Made by a program: the position numbers and the translations under genes
Notes under the pieces: generated by a model
Databases searched by the model: none
What the model was told of the DNA's origin: nothing
The model's input: only the letters and a program-made list of their open reading frames with translations
In this document: positions 15,190 through 30,758 of the stretch, piece after piece
Layout: each line of letters begins with the position of its first letter
Position numbering within the stretch: the first letter of the stretch is position 1
Source of the DNA: Octopus vulgaris
Lineage: Eukaryota
Assembly (NCBI GenBank): GCA_951406725.2
Contig: OX597822.1
Location: 57,102,001 to 57,166,000, forward strand
Length of the DNA stretch: 64,000 nt
Direction: 5' to 3'

Positions 15190-15261
15190 TTGTTGCTGCT
15201 GCTTTTGTTGTTGTTGCTGCTGCTGCTGCTGTTATTATTGTTGTTGTTGTTGTTGTTATTT

Positions 15262-15830
15262 CTTTTTATCACAGGTTTTGTTGGAACTGCTGGAGACTTG
15301 CATGCGTAGCGGGTTTGCTACCTGTAGCCTACGGTAACATACTATTCGTTCTTTTCAGCTTTCTAATAATTACCTGATTATTCTGGCTGTGCAAGGAGAC
15401 AAACCTTTTGCAACAGTTCTACTGGGCACTCTATTCCAATTTCCTTGATATTCCTCTTGATGTCTTCATTTTCACCTTCTGCATTTTCCATATCCGGACT
15501 ATTTCGTACCTAAGAGGTTTGTATTTATCTATTTTTTCACTTTCTTTCTTGACTAACCGTGGGTCAAAGGGGCATACAATATCAACTATATAGTACATGG
15601 GATGCATCTTGTCTACCACCACTAGGTCTGGTTAGTTATGCTCTAGCCCCTGATCTGTTTGGATTGGGAAAGCCCATAGGATTTTGCTAGTCTCCGACTC
15701 CGCCACACCCTGCTTTTTGTGCTAATAACACGCCTTGCTCTCTCTAGCCCCCAATTTTCGTACGACTTCCAGTGTAGCATTTTCGCAGCCTGATCATGTC
15801 GCCACAACTTGTAGTAGTTTGGGGCATGTC
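15262..15830 (-). mobile_element. 5'-truncated R4/Dong-like non-LTR element in a triplet microsatellite
   Basis: Minus strand ILWAFPIQTDQGLEHN*PDLVVVDK...IVDIVCPFD...KESEKIDKYKPLRYEIVRIWKM is a PD-(D/E)xK RLE domain. Flanked by (TAA)n and degenerate (CAA)n. Confidence 0.85.
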
Positions 15831-16103
<273 letters not shown>

Positions 16104-16126
16104 ATTATTATTATTATTATTATTAC

Positions 16127-16174
<48 letters not shown>

Positions 16175-16472
16175 CATTATTATTATCGTTATTATTAGTA
16201 TTATTGATAATCAAAAGTCATTAATATTGTCAAACCGAATAAGCGCAATTCAGTACATCCATACATACTCGAGTTAAACTACTTTAAACAGTCATAACAT
16301 ACATAATCATTGATTGATTAGACAAAAATGTTTGAACATGTATCATCTACAAGTTGTATCTGTGAGGGAGTCCTGGAATCCCTGCTCACAATCTGGTCTA
16401 ACTATTTGAATAGAAGTTTATGTGTTTGTTTTGCAAGATTCCTGATGTGAAATCGTGAGTTGAAACAGATAT

Positions 16473-16764
16473 TGTTATACTTGGGGATTGTCATTTTTTT
16501 GTTTTTTGTCAAATAAACACACGCACTATATATTCGTTCTTCACTTGTTTATTGTTGTTCATATTTTGTCGTATGTCCCTTGTCTGGAAATCTTTTGTCA
16601 CATATCAGAGACCTTTTCAGAGAGTCACTGAAGAGGTCACAGATGTGTGACGAAGGATTTCCAGGTAATGGAGTTAAAATAATAACAACAGTAAACAAGT
16701 GAAGAACGAATACACAGTGCGTGTATTTATTTGGCAAAAAATATGACCGTCCCCAACTATAACA
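16473..16764. repeat. Diverged palindrome with degenerate hammerhead cores at its centre
   Basis: Arms pair around the spacer agagtca. The right arm reads ctgaaga-g-gtcaca-gatg-tgtgac-gaag. Confidence 0.75.
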
Positions 16765-17439
16765 GTACTTTAATAGACTTTTTAAATTTCAAGAAATTCC
16801 GAAATTCCATTTCCTCTTTTCCAGATGAGTAGAACCACTGATGACCACATCAGTAAGGCGTCAAGCAACCAGCTGGAGGTGTTAGTGGTCCATATCCTAT
16901 CAACCATTAATGTATACAAGATATATACAAGACATCATTATATAAAAGATACAACATATTTTGGTAAATAGAATCCTTATCAAAACAGTTTTTTGTTGTT
17001 TCTTTCATGAATTACCATAACTAATGTCATTGCTATGTAGGCTGAATATTACAGAATAATATTTCGGGGAAGCACGAAAATATAAAAATGAAATGTGAAT
17101 AAACCACTTCGAAGAATTTCACGATTTACTTTGAAGTTAACTATAGGCATGTTCCTTTCTGATATAAAATCATAAATAAATAAATTTTACCGCCAAACAA
17201 AAAATTCTGAGTAGTTATCTGGCACTCTTCATTTGACGTCAAACTTTGATGCTCAGTACACCGATTGGTTGCTACTACAATAAGCTACAAATCTGTTGAT
17301 TCCAAAGTAGAATATTGTTATCGGAAAATACTTTTGAAATGAAAATGTTATTGACATCAGACGTTGGAAGCAAACACTTGATGTCAACAGTTTTTTTACT
17401 TGACTGAAAGTTATATTTGAAGCAATATTGACGTTTGGC

Positions 17440-17605
17440 AAGAGCAGTGGTTTGACAGAATCGTTAGAGCGTCGAGAAAAATGCTTTGTAAGATTCAATT
17501 CTGAACCTTTACAATCCGAGTTCAAATCACCCCAAGGCCAATTTTGTCTTTATTCCTTGCTGGGTAGATAAAATAAAGGAAATATTGAGATCGATTTAAG
17601 TGATT
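17440..17605 (+). mobile_element. SINE family B, degraded
   Basis: gacagaatcgttagagcg...ccgagttcaaat...gataaaataa is homologous to 45238 and 63320. Confidence 0.65.
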
Positions 17606-17664
17606 TAGAAGCACGTCGTTTTTGAACCATCACTGAAACATTTCCCTCCAAAACAGCTTCGTAG

Positions 17665-17812
17665 TGTGGTGTTTCCTCTTGTCCTTGGTGGCTTGGGATA
17701 AAAATTAGCCCTTTTTCTCATCTTGTATGAGAAATACAAAATGTCTTTATGCTCTAACTGCCTGATGAGAAACTCAGACACTCCCATGTCCCTGGCGATG
17801 GATCTGATTGAC
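17665..17812 (-). mobile_element. Fragment of the DD37D Tc1/mariner family at 23570
   Basis: MGVSEFLIRQLEHKDILYFSYKMRK matches 23850-23960. Confidence 0.85.
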
Positions 17813-18249
17813 TTTTAAAGAAATTTACCGTATAATTTCATACAACACAACACACTACATAGCACAGCTTAACCTACGTTAATCAATCTAAATTTAACAC
17901 GAAATTCTAACTTTAAATTGTATTCTACCCCTGATAATTGTCCTTAGGACCGCAATTCAATTTTTTTAATGGTTTATTATACTACTGTAAAAAAAAAAAC
18001 AAAGTAATACCACCTCTAAATCATGTATTGTTCTAATAACTAATCCATTTAATTTAAGGTTTAATCACTTAGCTTACAGGTAGAGGCCTATAACCTTCGC
18101 CACAATATCAGGGGAATTAATATCTCTATATTTCCTTTGATAATATATAGAAATTGAAGTCGAAAGAACACAAAGAGATTACATGAACTATAATGTTTCA
18201 CTTAATTATACACCAGCAATATAAACGTTTATCAGCAATACAATTAAGA

Positions 18250-19700
18250 GTTTTATAAATTTATTTCTCTAACCTTTCTCTTCTATACTACCACTCATTA
18301 CTACTTCCAACAAAGAACTCTCATTCCTTCATACATCTTAAGCCTGTCTATTGCCCTTCTGATCTTGCCGACTATCATTCTATTTGCACTGGCTTCCAAT
18401 ATTTCATAGTTAATGAAAACAACCATTAACAACTTTTTCCAACTCATTAAACATTTATCTTTCTCTCTTCCCCACTCATAAGTCACCAGTTTTCATAAAT
18501 CAAGATCAACTGGAGAACTGTTCTCCTGCGCCTCTCCCCAGTGGCCTCTCACCTTCAAGAAATTCGATGAAAACATTATTTCCCGCAACATCAGTCAAAT
18601 TTTTGAACGCATCTGACACCCAAATCACTTGACAAAACCAATCGCCTATGGATTCCCCTCGTCTCTCATACTTTGGTGCGGTGGCTTCCAGTCAGAGTAA
18701 GACACAGTAGTACGTGCTGATTACTATCTCTGGCTTACACTTTATCTTCACTAGTGTTCAACATGGATCGGTTTTGTTCACTACACTCGTCTTCCTATGC
18801 TTCAAAAGCCTACTTGTCGCCATCTTCATTAACATTGACAAGAGTGATATCGCCATTCTTATTTACCTTCCGAACACAAGCATCATCCACATGCAACATA
18901 GCCATCTCTCACTAAATCTACACCGACAGCGTAAACAGAGGTTTTAAAAACTTCATCCAATGAGATTATTTCAATTTTGCTTCCTTCAAAGGCAAATTGA
19001 AACAGGAAAATATATCAAGAAAACATTATGGCACCTACTCCACCCTTAACCTAAACGGCACACGACTAGAATATCACGGTCGCTATAAATGCCTGATCTT
19101 ACCATCACTAATGGTCTCTCTTAACAAGTAGGCTCTCCCAACGTCGCATCGAAGCGTGGCATCGAAGACAGAATCCAAATTAAAATATTCAAGCGACAGG
19201 TATGATGGCATTCACCATCATATTTCAACTTCTCACCCATCATCTCTCTCAGCATCTCGCTGCGTTTTATATCAGTTACAGTGGCTTCTTCAGCTCAATG
19301 CTAATTGAGTGCCAGCTACATTCACAAAGGCGATCCTGGCTCACTCACTTTTTTTCTTATCACCCCATATTGTACCCACCACCATAGGCTTCTCATTAGC
19401 TACTATTTTCTTTCCTTCCTTCTTGTCCTACCTTCCTGTCCTTCTTTTCCGGAAGTCGGTCTCCTAGAATACCTTCTCTGCACGTGCTTTTGCTTCACCT
19501 GTCGACTTGCAGCTATTCAAAATTAACATTAATTGCATCTCAGTAGTTACGGAAGGCCTGCAGATGTGATAAGCTCGGCTTCTTCCACTAGACTGAATCA
19601 ATTATTGCTACAGACCAAGATTACTTACAGATGCATAATACATTGTTTCCTCCCACAGACTTTTATCTCTTACCCTTATTAGCATAATAATTTAATATTA
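18250..19700 (+). mobile_element. Highly degraded LINE reverse-transcriptase relic (CR1/L2/Jockey-like)
   Basis: VQHGSVLFTTL resembles GVPQGSVLSPTL. A later VDLQLFKININ-like C-terminus is present. Many stops. Confidence 0.5.
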
Positions 19701-20486
19701 TTCTATTTTCTTGTAACATTTGTTTTATGGCAATCAATTCTTCTCTCTTACTAAAAGCTTTTTTACTATTCAAACCCATCGTCACTTATTACTTTGCTTT
19801 TTATATCGGACTAGTGAGTGTGAACAGTCTTGAAAACATATTAAGTTTCTGTAAGCATTTTATCCGTTATCAACTCTTATTGTTGATATTGTTGTTATTT
19901 ATGATTATTTCTCTGATACTTATACCATTGACGTATTTTGTCTTTTACATAGCAATTTTTATTTTACCACAATCAATGTTAATACGTTTGCGATTTACAA
20001 TAAAAAATTATGTGGATCTGCATTACAGCTTCTAAGAATCACTGCGTGCTTTTATTACCAATCTCCGACATCCTAACCTGACTATAAAAAATCTTTTAAA
20101 TTTAACCTCAAAATCTTTTCGCTACATATCTTTACCAATGAGCACTACATTGACTTAATCCTATAACAAAGGACTTTTAAAAGAAAACAGTTTGTATACT
20201 TATATTTTCTACTCTTGCATTTGTCTAAAGTTGTTCAATATCACCCTGATCATATTCAGTAACGACATATTCACTTATTTATCACATGGCCTTTAAGATC
20301 AGACTACAACTCGCCATTTTAAACTATTTTAGGCATGCAACAATATTACAAAATTAAACGCTTGGCTTTTTTGTAATATTTTCAGTGTATACAGAAGGAA
20401 TTTGCTTTCCTTTCAGCCTCTTAATCTTTTCCCCCTATTCCTTGAATTAATAATGTTCAATTTTATTATGACGCAAGTTCATAAGT

Positions 20487-20700
20487 CGGCGAGCTGGTAG
20501 ACTATAATACACCGGACAAAAAGCTTGGCTGCATTTCTGGCTTTAAGTTCTGAGTTCAAATTACACCAAAGTTGACTTTACGTTTCATTGCTTTCGGAAT
20601 CAATAAAATAAGTATTTCTCTAGCACCAAGGTCGATATAACTGACTTAATCCCTCCCTGAAAATTTCACGTCTTGTGCCTATGGTAGAAAGAATTATTAA
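20487..20700 (+). mobile_element. SINE family B
   Basis: ggcgagctggtag...ctgagttcaaatt...aaggtcgatataactgact...cttgtgcctatggtagaaag. Confidence 0.75.
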
Positions 20701-20964
20701 GTAAGTTCATTTCGAAACTTATCGCTTAGACTTTACCGATTTCTTGAAGTCTAAGCTGCCCCTCACAATATCCCAGTAGAATTATTTAGGTTACAACCAG
20801 CATTAAAATAATTTCATTTGAGAGAAAATTACCTTATTTAAAAGGAAACATTTTAAAAATCAAAACCATATTTAATGCTAGTTTCAAGTCTCAAGAGCCG
20901 TAAATAGATTACTTTAACTTACATCCATTCACCTATATATTCTCTAGTTTACAAGACGAATTTC

Positions 20965-21805
<841 letters not shown>

Positions 21806-21934
21806 AAGCTCTTAGCTTATTTGTTTTGTTCTATTTTCTGAGATGGAGAGTTGTCTTTTGGGTTTTTTTTTTATTCCCTACCAGTCAAAGTATAAATTTC
21901 CTTACAAGTAAATTCTCATGCCGGAATATGAATG

Positions 21935-22230
21935 TTATAAACCTTTCTCCTATAGATGCAAGTCGAGAAGTCTTGGAAGGCGGAGCTAGTCGGCAACATC
22001 GAGCCCGTGCTCAACTGCTTCTTATTTTATCAACGTTGAAAGGAAGAAAGTCAATGTTGACCTCAGCAGCATTTGAACCCATAACGTAAAACTGGAATAA
22101 GTGTCGCCAAGCATTTTTGTCCGGCTTTCTAACGATGACTTTGCGGTCTGCCGTCGGCAATAAGCATTTTTGTGAGGGCTCTGAGGCGGCAAATTGAAGG
22201 ACCAGTGCTAAGGATTTTGCCAATTCGCTA
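21935..22230 (-). mobile_element. SINE family B, degraded
   Basis: aaagtcaatgttgacctcagcagcatttgaacccataacg...aagcatttttgtccggc. Confidence 0.65.
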
Positions 22231-22472
22231 TATTATGTTAAAATATATTATCACTTAGACTATGTGAGTTATGTCTCCTTGCTGAAAAGACACATATATT
22301 GATTTGCAGAGTTGTTATATAGCGTAACCAATCGCGTGGCTTTCGTTCAATTTATGATTTCCAGTGAAGTTTAGTTCGACTTAATATCCTTTGATAAATG
22401 TTTTTCACACCCTTCACCAGCTATTATTACATTCATTCTCACATACTACATCCAACTTTAGTCCTCAATTTG

Positions 22473-22593
<121 letters not shown>

Positions 22594-22624
22594 ACTTCCT
22601 ACTCGTACTGTTTCTAATACATAC

Positions 22625-22756
<132 letters not shown>

Positions 22757-23098
22757 ATATATATATGATATATTTACAACTGTTTCTCAAGTTGACTGTA
22801 GTTTGAAGGTCCGTAAAGTGAAACTAGGAATAACTATCGAATTGGAAGAAGCGTGACAATTCATATAAATACTGTTCGCCGAGGTAATTTTACTCACAGA
22901 AAATCGGTCAACTTTAGACAATGAGAAAAGACAAGTTATGACGCAATGTAATTGAATCAGGTGTGCTCGTAGTTACGAAGCAAACCTCTTATCCGCTCGA
23001 CTGTGCCCAAACACACATACGCGCGCGCACACACTGACACAAACACACATTCACACACACACGCACACACCAGACCAAATACAATACATACAAATCCA

Positions 23099-23148
<50 letters not shown>

Positions 23149-23311
23149 TTATAATGATAAAATATTTTTTGGCTAATTCTGGAAGAAAATCGGCAATTTA
23201 TTTTTTAGTGCGGGTTGAGTTCCGCTTCTGCGCGGTAGATTCGAAAAATTAGAACCTATAGTCACGTGGTGGGTTATTTATCGCTCCATTCCTATGTGTT
23301 CAGTTCTGGCA

Positions 23312-23400
23312 ACGTACTGAAGAAGCAGCGCCAGATATAGACTGAAATTATTTCATTTCAGTCTGTATTTAAGTCTGCAGAAACCTTGCAGGATCTAGGA
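23312..23400 (+). ncRNA. Degenerate hammerhead-like motif
   Basis: ctgaaga, then gcag...ctgc stem II enclosing a long hairpin, then gaaa and cct-tgc-agg. The cleavage site and stem I are not intact. Lies between (TA)n tracts. Confidence 0.4.
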
Positions 23401-23569
23401 TTAAGGTAAAAGTTTTATTTTCTAATCATTTTCGGAATTACAGCAATTGGTGGCTTGGAGTTTTAACTGCTCTTTCTAGCGAGTCAGATATCCTATTCTT
23501 CGGGTATCTCTTTTGTGTTTGAATGTACACTGTATTCTTCTTTGAATTATATATATATATATATATCGT

Positions 23570-24737
23570 AGAATCAGTTAGGCACAGTCTGTGACAAAAA
23601 CAGCACCATGGTGCAATTCACTCTGCCCGAAATTCGGAAACAACATGTCCTGCTTGGCATTCGCGCCGGAAGCTTCAATACGAACATTTCAGAGTGTATG
23701 GTTTTCAATCTGAGGACAATACAGAGGTTTCAGAAAGAGATTTGTTTTATGGTTAGTCTGATAAGAAAAGAACTCCTGGATTTGTTAGTGAGATCCAGGT
23801 CGTGATTGACAACAATCCCTCCAAGCCAATCAGATCCATCGCCAGGGATATGGGAGTGTCTGAGTTTCTCATCAGGCGGTTAGAGCATTAAAACATTTTG
23901 TATTTCTCATACAAGATGAGAAAGAGCCAATTTTTATCCCAAGCCACCATGTACAAGAGGAAACACCGCACTAAGAAGCTTTTGAAAAAACACAAACATT
24001 TCCTCCAATCGAACATACTTCACTTTTTCTCAGACGAGAAAAATTTCTGCCAGGATCAGATGGTGAACACACAGAACAACTGCTGGCTTGTCGTGTCCCC
24101 AAAACATGTACCGAGAGAGATAAAAATCAAACATCTCGTCGACTTCATGGTGTTTGGAATGATCAGTAATGATGGCGATGTTATGCCACCCTTCATCTTC
24201 CGACACGACCTCAAACTCAACACGGAGGCCTACATCAAGTGACTGAAGTAGGTAGAACTGCCCTGTGTCAAGAGGGTAGCTGCTGGAAGACCCTATATCT
24301 GGCTACAGGACTCTGCACCATGTCACACAAGGAGGAGAACCCAGTCATGGCTGTCAGACAATTTCTGCGACCACATCGCACCTAGCATCTGGCCAATTAA
24401 CTCCCCAGACTGCAACACCCTTGAATATTATGTGTGGGTGCAGTTGATCAAGAAACCAACAAAACTCCTTGTAACACCAAAGATGAACTGAAGGCAAAGA
24501 GGATCATGGCAGTATTCACCAACTTAAACAAGGAGACCGTCCAGAAGAGTTGCCGGAGATTTCGAAGTCGTCTGGAGGCTGTGGTTGAAGCCAATGGCGA
24601 TTTTATTAAATAAATTTATTCTTAAGTATTTCAAGATATTTTTATGTAATTTCGGTTATTTATACTTGTTAAAATGAGATGTCAGTGTTATTTTCATTTT
24701 TGCATAATTTAGACGACAATTTATTCACCGCACCCTG
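23570..24737 (+). mobile_element. Tc1/mariner DD37D (maT-type) transposon, decayed
   Basis: FFSDEKNF...QDSAPCH...WPINSPDCNTLEY has 37 residues between the second and third acidic positions. The 3' end ...ccgcaccctg is followed by TA. Stops and frameshifts present. Confidence 0.88.
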
Positions 24738-24741
24738 TATG

Positions 24742-24818
<77 letters not shown>

Positions 24819-25439
24819 GTATATTCAATCATTTATTTATAAACTCGCTTGGAAATGGATACGTAGCATTCATTTAAATAATAATAATAATATATAAATA
24901 TATATATGTGTGTGTGTGTGTGTCAAGGTTGAAAAGACCATTGTCCATCTTTCTTTTCATTGCGTTACCATCTTTCTTTTCCTGCACGACGTTCAAAGTA
25001 CTGGATATTTTATTTCTCTCTCTTCTATCCTTTCTCTTTTCAAAGAAAATATTTCTTCCAGCGTTCACTATTTAAAGATCCCGCCTCATGTTGTTTTCTT
25101 GTATGTCTCCACTGTCCTGTTTTTGTTCCCAACTTTGACCCTCCATAAATCCAAAATTTTATTTTAAAATTTATGAAAAAAACTATCTTTGAAGACTCAT
25201 ATTGTCGTTGAATGCTCGAAATGAGGAGTAGATGGACAGCCGACAACTGATGAAGAGTCATTCTCAGTGTTTACGTGTCTTGCTTTCTAAGTTTTTCTCT
25301 CGTTGTTTGTGTATTTAACTCGTTTGTTTTCGTACTTTAGTTGGTAACCTCCTGTACCCATATATGCATACACATATATATATATGTATATGTATGTATA
25401 TTATGTATATATGTATGTGTATATATATATAATAATATA

Positions 25440-25571
25440 AATGCGCCCTTTTAAAGCCTAACCAGGCTCATGAGCCCGGTTTCCCGGTTTCAATGGCGTA
25501 GAAATTCCCCACCTGGACGGAACGCCGGTCCGTCGCAGGATTACTCATTTTTGCCAGGTGAGTGAACTGGA

Positions 25572-25575
<4 letters not shown>
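25440..25575 (-). mobile_element. SINE 3' fragment (family D)
   Basis: Minus strand cctgcgacggaccggcgttccgtccagg...gaaaccgggaaaccggg resembles common SINE central and tail domains. Lies between TA tracts. Confidence 0.5.
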
Positions 25576-25604
<29 letters not shown>

Positions 25605-25606
<2 letters not shown>

Positions 25607-26250
25607 CATGAAGAAGAACGGTGAGATATATTTCTTCAAAACTTGTTTATTACAGTATTATTCTCATTAAATTCCTCACATAGATTTCAGCGAGACACGT
25701 ATTTCTGGTACCTAGGTGTCCTAGTGTTCTTTGATATAGCATTTATGTACATTTAGTTGCTTCAGTTGCACTACAGATTTATCTAGGGTAGACATTCGTA
25801 TACAGCTTTGTTCATAGTTTTACCCATTCGCTTGGATGAAGTGAACTGAAAAATTCAATGTTAGATAGTTCTTAAAGTATATTCTACATGAAGGAATCAT
25901 AATGTCTTAGTGTTCATGATAGTATAGATTGCTATAGTAGTGTGTAGCTACAGTTTTGTTTTCATTTAAACTTAGCATAACATTTTAGAATTTAAGGTAG
26001 CAGATTATCTTATATGCTTTGTAGTAGAGAAAATCTTAATCTCGCTGACAGCTCGTAATGATACCATATATGATGAAGAGATAGATCAACAGGAATCAAA
26101 ACGAAAAGGAAATTTTAATTAATAAATGACGTATATTGTGAGATTGTTAAAGACTAGCTTAATTAAAACTAACTTAAGTAAATCTACGGATGTCAGACTA
26201 AGTTAACTTACGTGCACTTGAAATCCTACTAAAAATCCGTATTTGGAAAG
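25605..26250 (-). other. Copy 2 of the duplicated segment: candidate micro-exon plus terminal exon of an unknown transcript
   Basis: Minus strand has ttttagtag...cac|gtaagt (donor at 26211), ctaac...tttttcag| (acceptor at 25846) and AATAAA at 25651-25646. Confidence 0.35.
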
Positions 26251-26299
26251 AACTTTACTACTTTTCTGGGTATTACATATATATGTATGTGATTGTGTA

Positions 26300-26704
26300 C
26301 TTTTACTTCTTTCAGTCATTTCACTACGGTCATGCTGGAGCACCGCTCTAAAGGATTTTAGTCGATGAAATCGACTCCAGAACTTATTCTTTGTAAGCTT
26401 AGTACTTATTCTTTCGGTCATTTACACTGAACTGCTATGTTACGGGGACGTAAACACACCAACATCGGTTAAGTAACGGTGGAGGACAAACACAGACACA
26501 AAAGCACACACATAAATATGTACATATATATATACATATACGATGGACTTCTTTCAGTTTCCGTCATCCAAATCCACTCACAAGGCTTTGGTCGGCCTGA
26601 GGCTATAGAAGAAGATACTTGCCCAAGGTGCCACGTAGTAGGACTGAACTCGGAACTATGTGGTTGGGAAGCAAGCTACTTACCACACAGCCACATCCGC
26701 GCCC
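26300..26704 (-). mobile_element. SINE family A, full length
   Basis: Head to tail homology with 4505-4918. Confidence 0.85.
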
Positions 26705-26735
<31 letters not shown>

Positions 26736-26798
26736 TGTATATATGTATGTATATATGAATGTATGTATATATCTGTATATGCTTGTTTGTATATATCT

Positions 26799-26884
<86 letters not shown>

Positions 26885-27592
26885 GGCAGTTAGTGAGAGA
26901 AAAAGAGAGAGGGAGGCTTACACATGCAACCACAAGCACAAATATACATTCAGCTCCGCGTCAGGAGAATAGTATTCTTAAGATCATATTTACTCATTCG
27001 CGACTACTAACCTCCCGCACGACTTCATTAAAAATTTCAACTGCAGTTAAGCTTGTTGAAACGGACCGGTGCTGTGTTACATTTTGAACGATAATGATAT
27101 CGTATCAATAGAAGAAAGTTACAATGATATATGGGCGCTTAAACGTGGTTGAATAAGTAATTTAATTTTAAGTGGTCATCCTGGAAGGAAAGAAATATCT
27201 GGTGTTGTATTAGAACTACCAAACATCAGTGTTTTTTAAGGAAATGTTGTATGTACTCTGAGGTACAAGATACTTTGCTGAGTGGAGTCCAATTCTAAAA
27301 ACTTGATACAATATAAAAAGAAAGAAAAACACTCGTGAAGCAAAAAGTGGCTAAACTGAAATAAATGTAACGCTTTAAGCATTGATATCGTTTGATTTAA
27401 AAAAAAAAAAGATAAGCACTAAAGAATGTGCTTAATGAGAGAAATCTAATTCTGAAAAGTATGTCGAAATTAGTGAGGCATAAAAAGTTAAGAGGCCAAC
27501 TTTGAACGTGAACAACAGGAGACCAAAGAGTAGATAAGCGTATAAGTATGTAGGCGGAAGAACACTCTTCTAACACAACCATACAAACACAA

Positions 27593-27688
<96 letters not shown>

Positions 27689-29929
27689 ATATGTATATAT
27701 ATATATGTATATATATATACAGTAAGTAAACAGTAGTATCAGAACAAAGTAGTGATGATTTCTATCGGCAATTAGTATATACAACTCAAAAGCAGAATAA
27801 TTTGGAGTAGATTCCAAATACGCATCCTGTCTCTCTTTATTTATTTTTTTCTTTTCAAACATTTCTTTGGAATTCTGTTTTCTACAAGGGAGATTATGAT
27901 TTTGCTCAAAAAAATAGCTTTTCAAATTTTCACACACGCCCTCCCCATCCCAATATTTTCGACACTAAATAAGTGTCGAAAATATTTTGGGATTTCCACA
28001 TGAACAAACTCTATCTACCAAATTTCCTCACAAGGTATTGCTCGATTCAGGTCGCCGCATCGTGTGACTGTGAACTGATTCTAAAAGCAATAGAATCTGT
28101 TCTTTCTGGACCCCTATTTTTCTTTAAATATCCACAATTCCCAAATATTTCTAACCAGTATCAAACACTATTTCACTTTTGCCTGTGATGATAAAAAGAA
28201 ACAAAAAGAACGTTTCAACATCTCAGTGGTTTTCATTTAATTTGTTGCTCATTTCATTTCATTTGTCATATTCTCTTAACAAAATTCCTTTTTAATCCAT
28301 ATTTTTCTATAAAAAACATTCTTGATTTAAAATTTTACTCATAGTTTTGATTAGATAATCTAAAGTTTACAAATTATTTTCGTTCTTTTACGTGTTTACG
28401 TATTATTTTTAACTATCTTTCAGTGTTTTTATCTTTTGGATATAGTTTTCTTCTTGTTGTGGGGGATGCACTTCAGATAAATATAAAATATTAATGGAGA
28501 TAGACATCAGATAGACACATTATTTATGATTATATTTTGCAAGATAATATTTTAAAATATCGTATTAAATGAACTACATGTTTAAACTGGATTCTTAATT
28601 CCACAAACAAATAGGCACCAAGTTTTAATAACGAATAACGTTTGCTATAATTTAATTTTGATGTTTCTTATTACAGACGGTGTGGAATTAAATACTGCAC
28701 CTGGAGATATGGAACATATAAAGCTAAATGGACATGACGAAACTATTCAAACAAGTGAAGATAAATTATACAAAAACGTCATTCAGAGGCTCGAGCTAAA
28801 TGTATATATTAAAGATTCTTCTACTCGTTATTCTATCACTCTGCTCCTGATCATCATGCCTGGATGTGTCAGTCAAGGGCAGCAAAGTACTAGGCCAGGA
28901 AAATTCCAAGCATCATCACAAGACTCTACATGACGACGTAAAAGCGCCACCAAGTTGGCCATCTGATGTTTAGTTTGGTATGGCTGCGTCAAACGCATCT
29001 CGGGTCTAATGGATGAGGCGACTTACGGTGAGCTGGTGTTGTTTCTAAACACATATGAGCGTGATCAGACCGCTTTTGCCTCAGACAGACTGATTCATGT
29101 TTGATGTAATACTTTCAGACCAGCATCATTTAATCCTTCAACTACTGCTTTATTGGCAGTGTTCTTTTTGTCTCGGATTCCTCGTTAAGATTTTTAAATA
29201 ATGTACTTTTTCTCAGTTTATGAATTCCCGCTTTTACTCATAACTTTTCGAAAACATTTTTTTTTTTACCATTTATATCTTTTTTAAATTTTGTCTCAAA
29301 AGCCCGCCGGCTTTTCGCAACTTCACTGGCTATTTGACCATTATTACACTATATTAGTTCGATTGATTTTCGTTCTTGTATTTGGTGCAAGGATGGCTGC
29401 CGCGGATGAGCTGCAGAAACGGAGATATCACGTGATACGGTAGTGCCATCCACCGTTGCAGACGATCATCTGTCAGCCGATATAGTCAATGCTGAATGAG
29501 TACGTGTCGTCAACACGAGATGATATTTCGGGAATTAATAACAGTTTAAGGCGATGTAAGTAACACAACCAGTTTAAGTTGAATGTGCTAATTATGAACA
29601 ATCATTTATTGGCTGTAAAATGCATTGCCTGTATATAAAAGTTAAGGTTATCTCTACAGATATTCTGTAGAAATTATAGCCAGCACCGATTTTCGTTACG
29701 ACGTTTCGTATCCAAGACGTCAGACGTCAGAGATCGAAGATGAAAACAGGGTAATGGGTGTATGTGCCATATTTCGGAGGTTTTTGCTCCTTCATTAGCG
29801 TCCATCTAACCCTTAATTATTCACGAACATATTGCTTAAATAGCCACTAAATACAGCGGTGTGACGTTATGGGATATATCAATTTTACATATTAAACACA
29901 TTCCTGGAAGCTGGTATGTAAATATTATA

Positions 29930-30322
29930 TAGGCGTAGGAGTGGCTGCGTGGTAAGTAGCTTGCTTACCAACCACATGGTTCCATGTTCAGTCCCACTGC
30001 GTGGCACCTTGAGAAAGTGTCTTCTACTATAGCCGCGGGCCAGCCAAAGCCTTGTGAATGGATTTGGTAGACGGAAGCTGAAAGAAGACCGTCGTATATA
30101 TGTATATATGTGTGTGTGTCTGTGGCTGTGGCTGTCCCTCCCCTCAACATCTCTTGACAACCGATGCTGGTGGGTTTACGTCCTCGTAACGTAGCGGTTC
30201 GGCAAAAGAGATCGATAGAATAAGTACTAGGCTTATAAAGAATAAGTGCTGGGGTCGATTTGCTCGACTAAAGTGGTGCTCCAGCATGGCCACAGTCAAA
30301 TGACTGAAACAAGTAAAAGAGT
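29930..30322 (+). mobile_element. SINE family A, full length
   Basis: ggcgtaggagtggctgcgtggtaag...tgactgaaacaagtaaaagag. Confidence 0.88.
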
Positions 30323-30758
30323 ATTAAATTTTGCGTAAATAGTATGTAACAAAAGTTGTCTTGCAGAAAAATGCGGGCACAGAAGGAATGATATTCTTAC
30401 TTAAATGAATTTGGAAAAATACAGAAGAGGAAGGTTTACAATATTACATTACACCTGACGTTGGAATTACAGTTGAAAAAAAAATACATCATTTTTAGCT
30501 TCATTCAAATATAAAATTATACTCATTTTTAGATTCCAAGTCCCCTTACGATCTAGATTTTATATGGAACTTCCTATATTTACCTTCCATATTATATAAT
30601 ATAGTGGATGATATGAAGACTTGAAGCCTTCATATATGATAGAGTAGCTTGTCTTTGGAAATCATTTTTTTCTAATTATAGCTGAAATGGGATAAATATC
30701 AGCTTATGTATTCGCAGAAAGAAGCTAACTGGTTACACATTTATCTTGTCATCTCAGA

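Noticed and set aside
17760-17780. cctgatgagaaac as a hammerhead core
   Set aside because: It is the antisense of transposase codons (EFLIR) and has no stem II.
28658-28933. 91-aa ORF after a ttacag acceptor-like site
   Set aside because: No recognisable domain or partner exon. It cannot be supported without RNA data.
29690-29810. Two minus-strand hammerhead-like strings (ctaatgaaggag..ctccgaaa and gaaacgtcgta)
   Set aside because: The cores are mutated and stem I is unsupported, so they are too degenerate to call.
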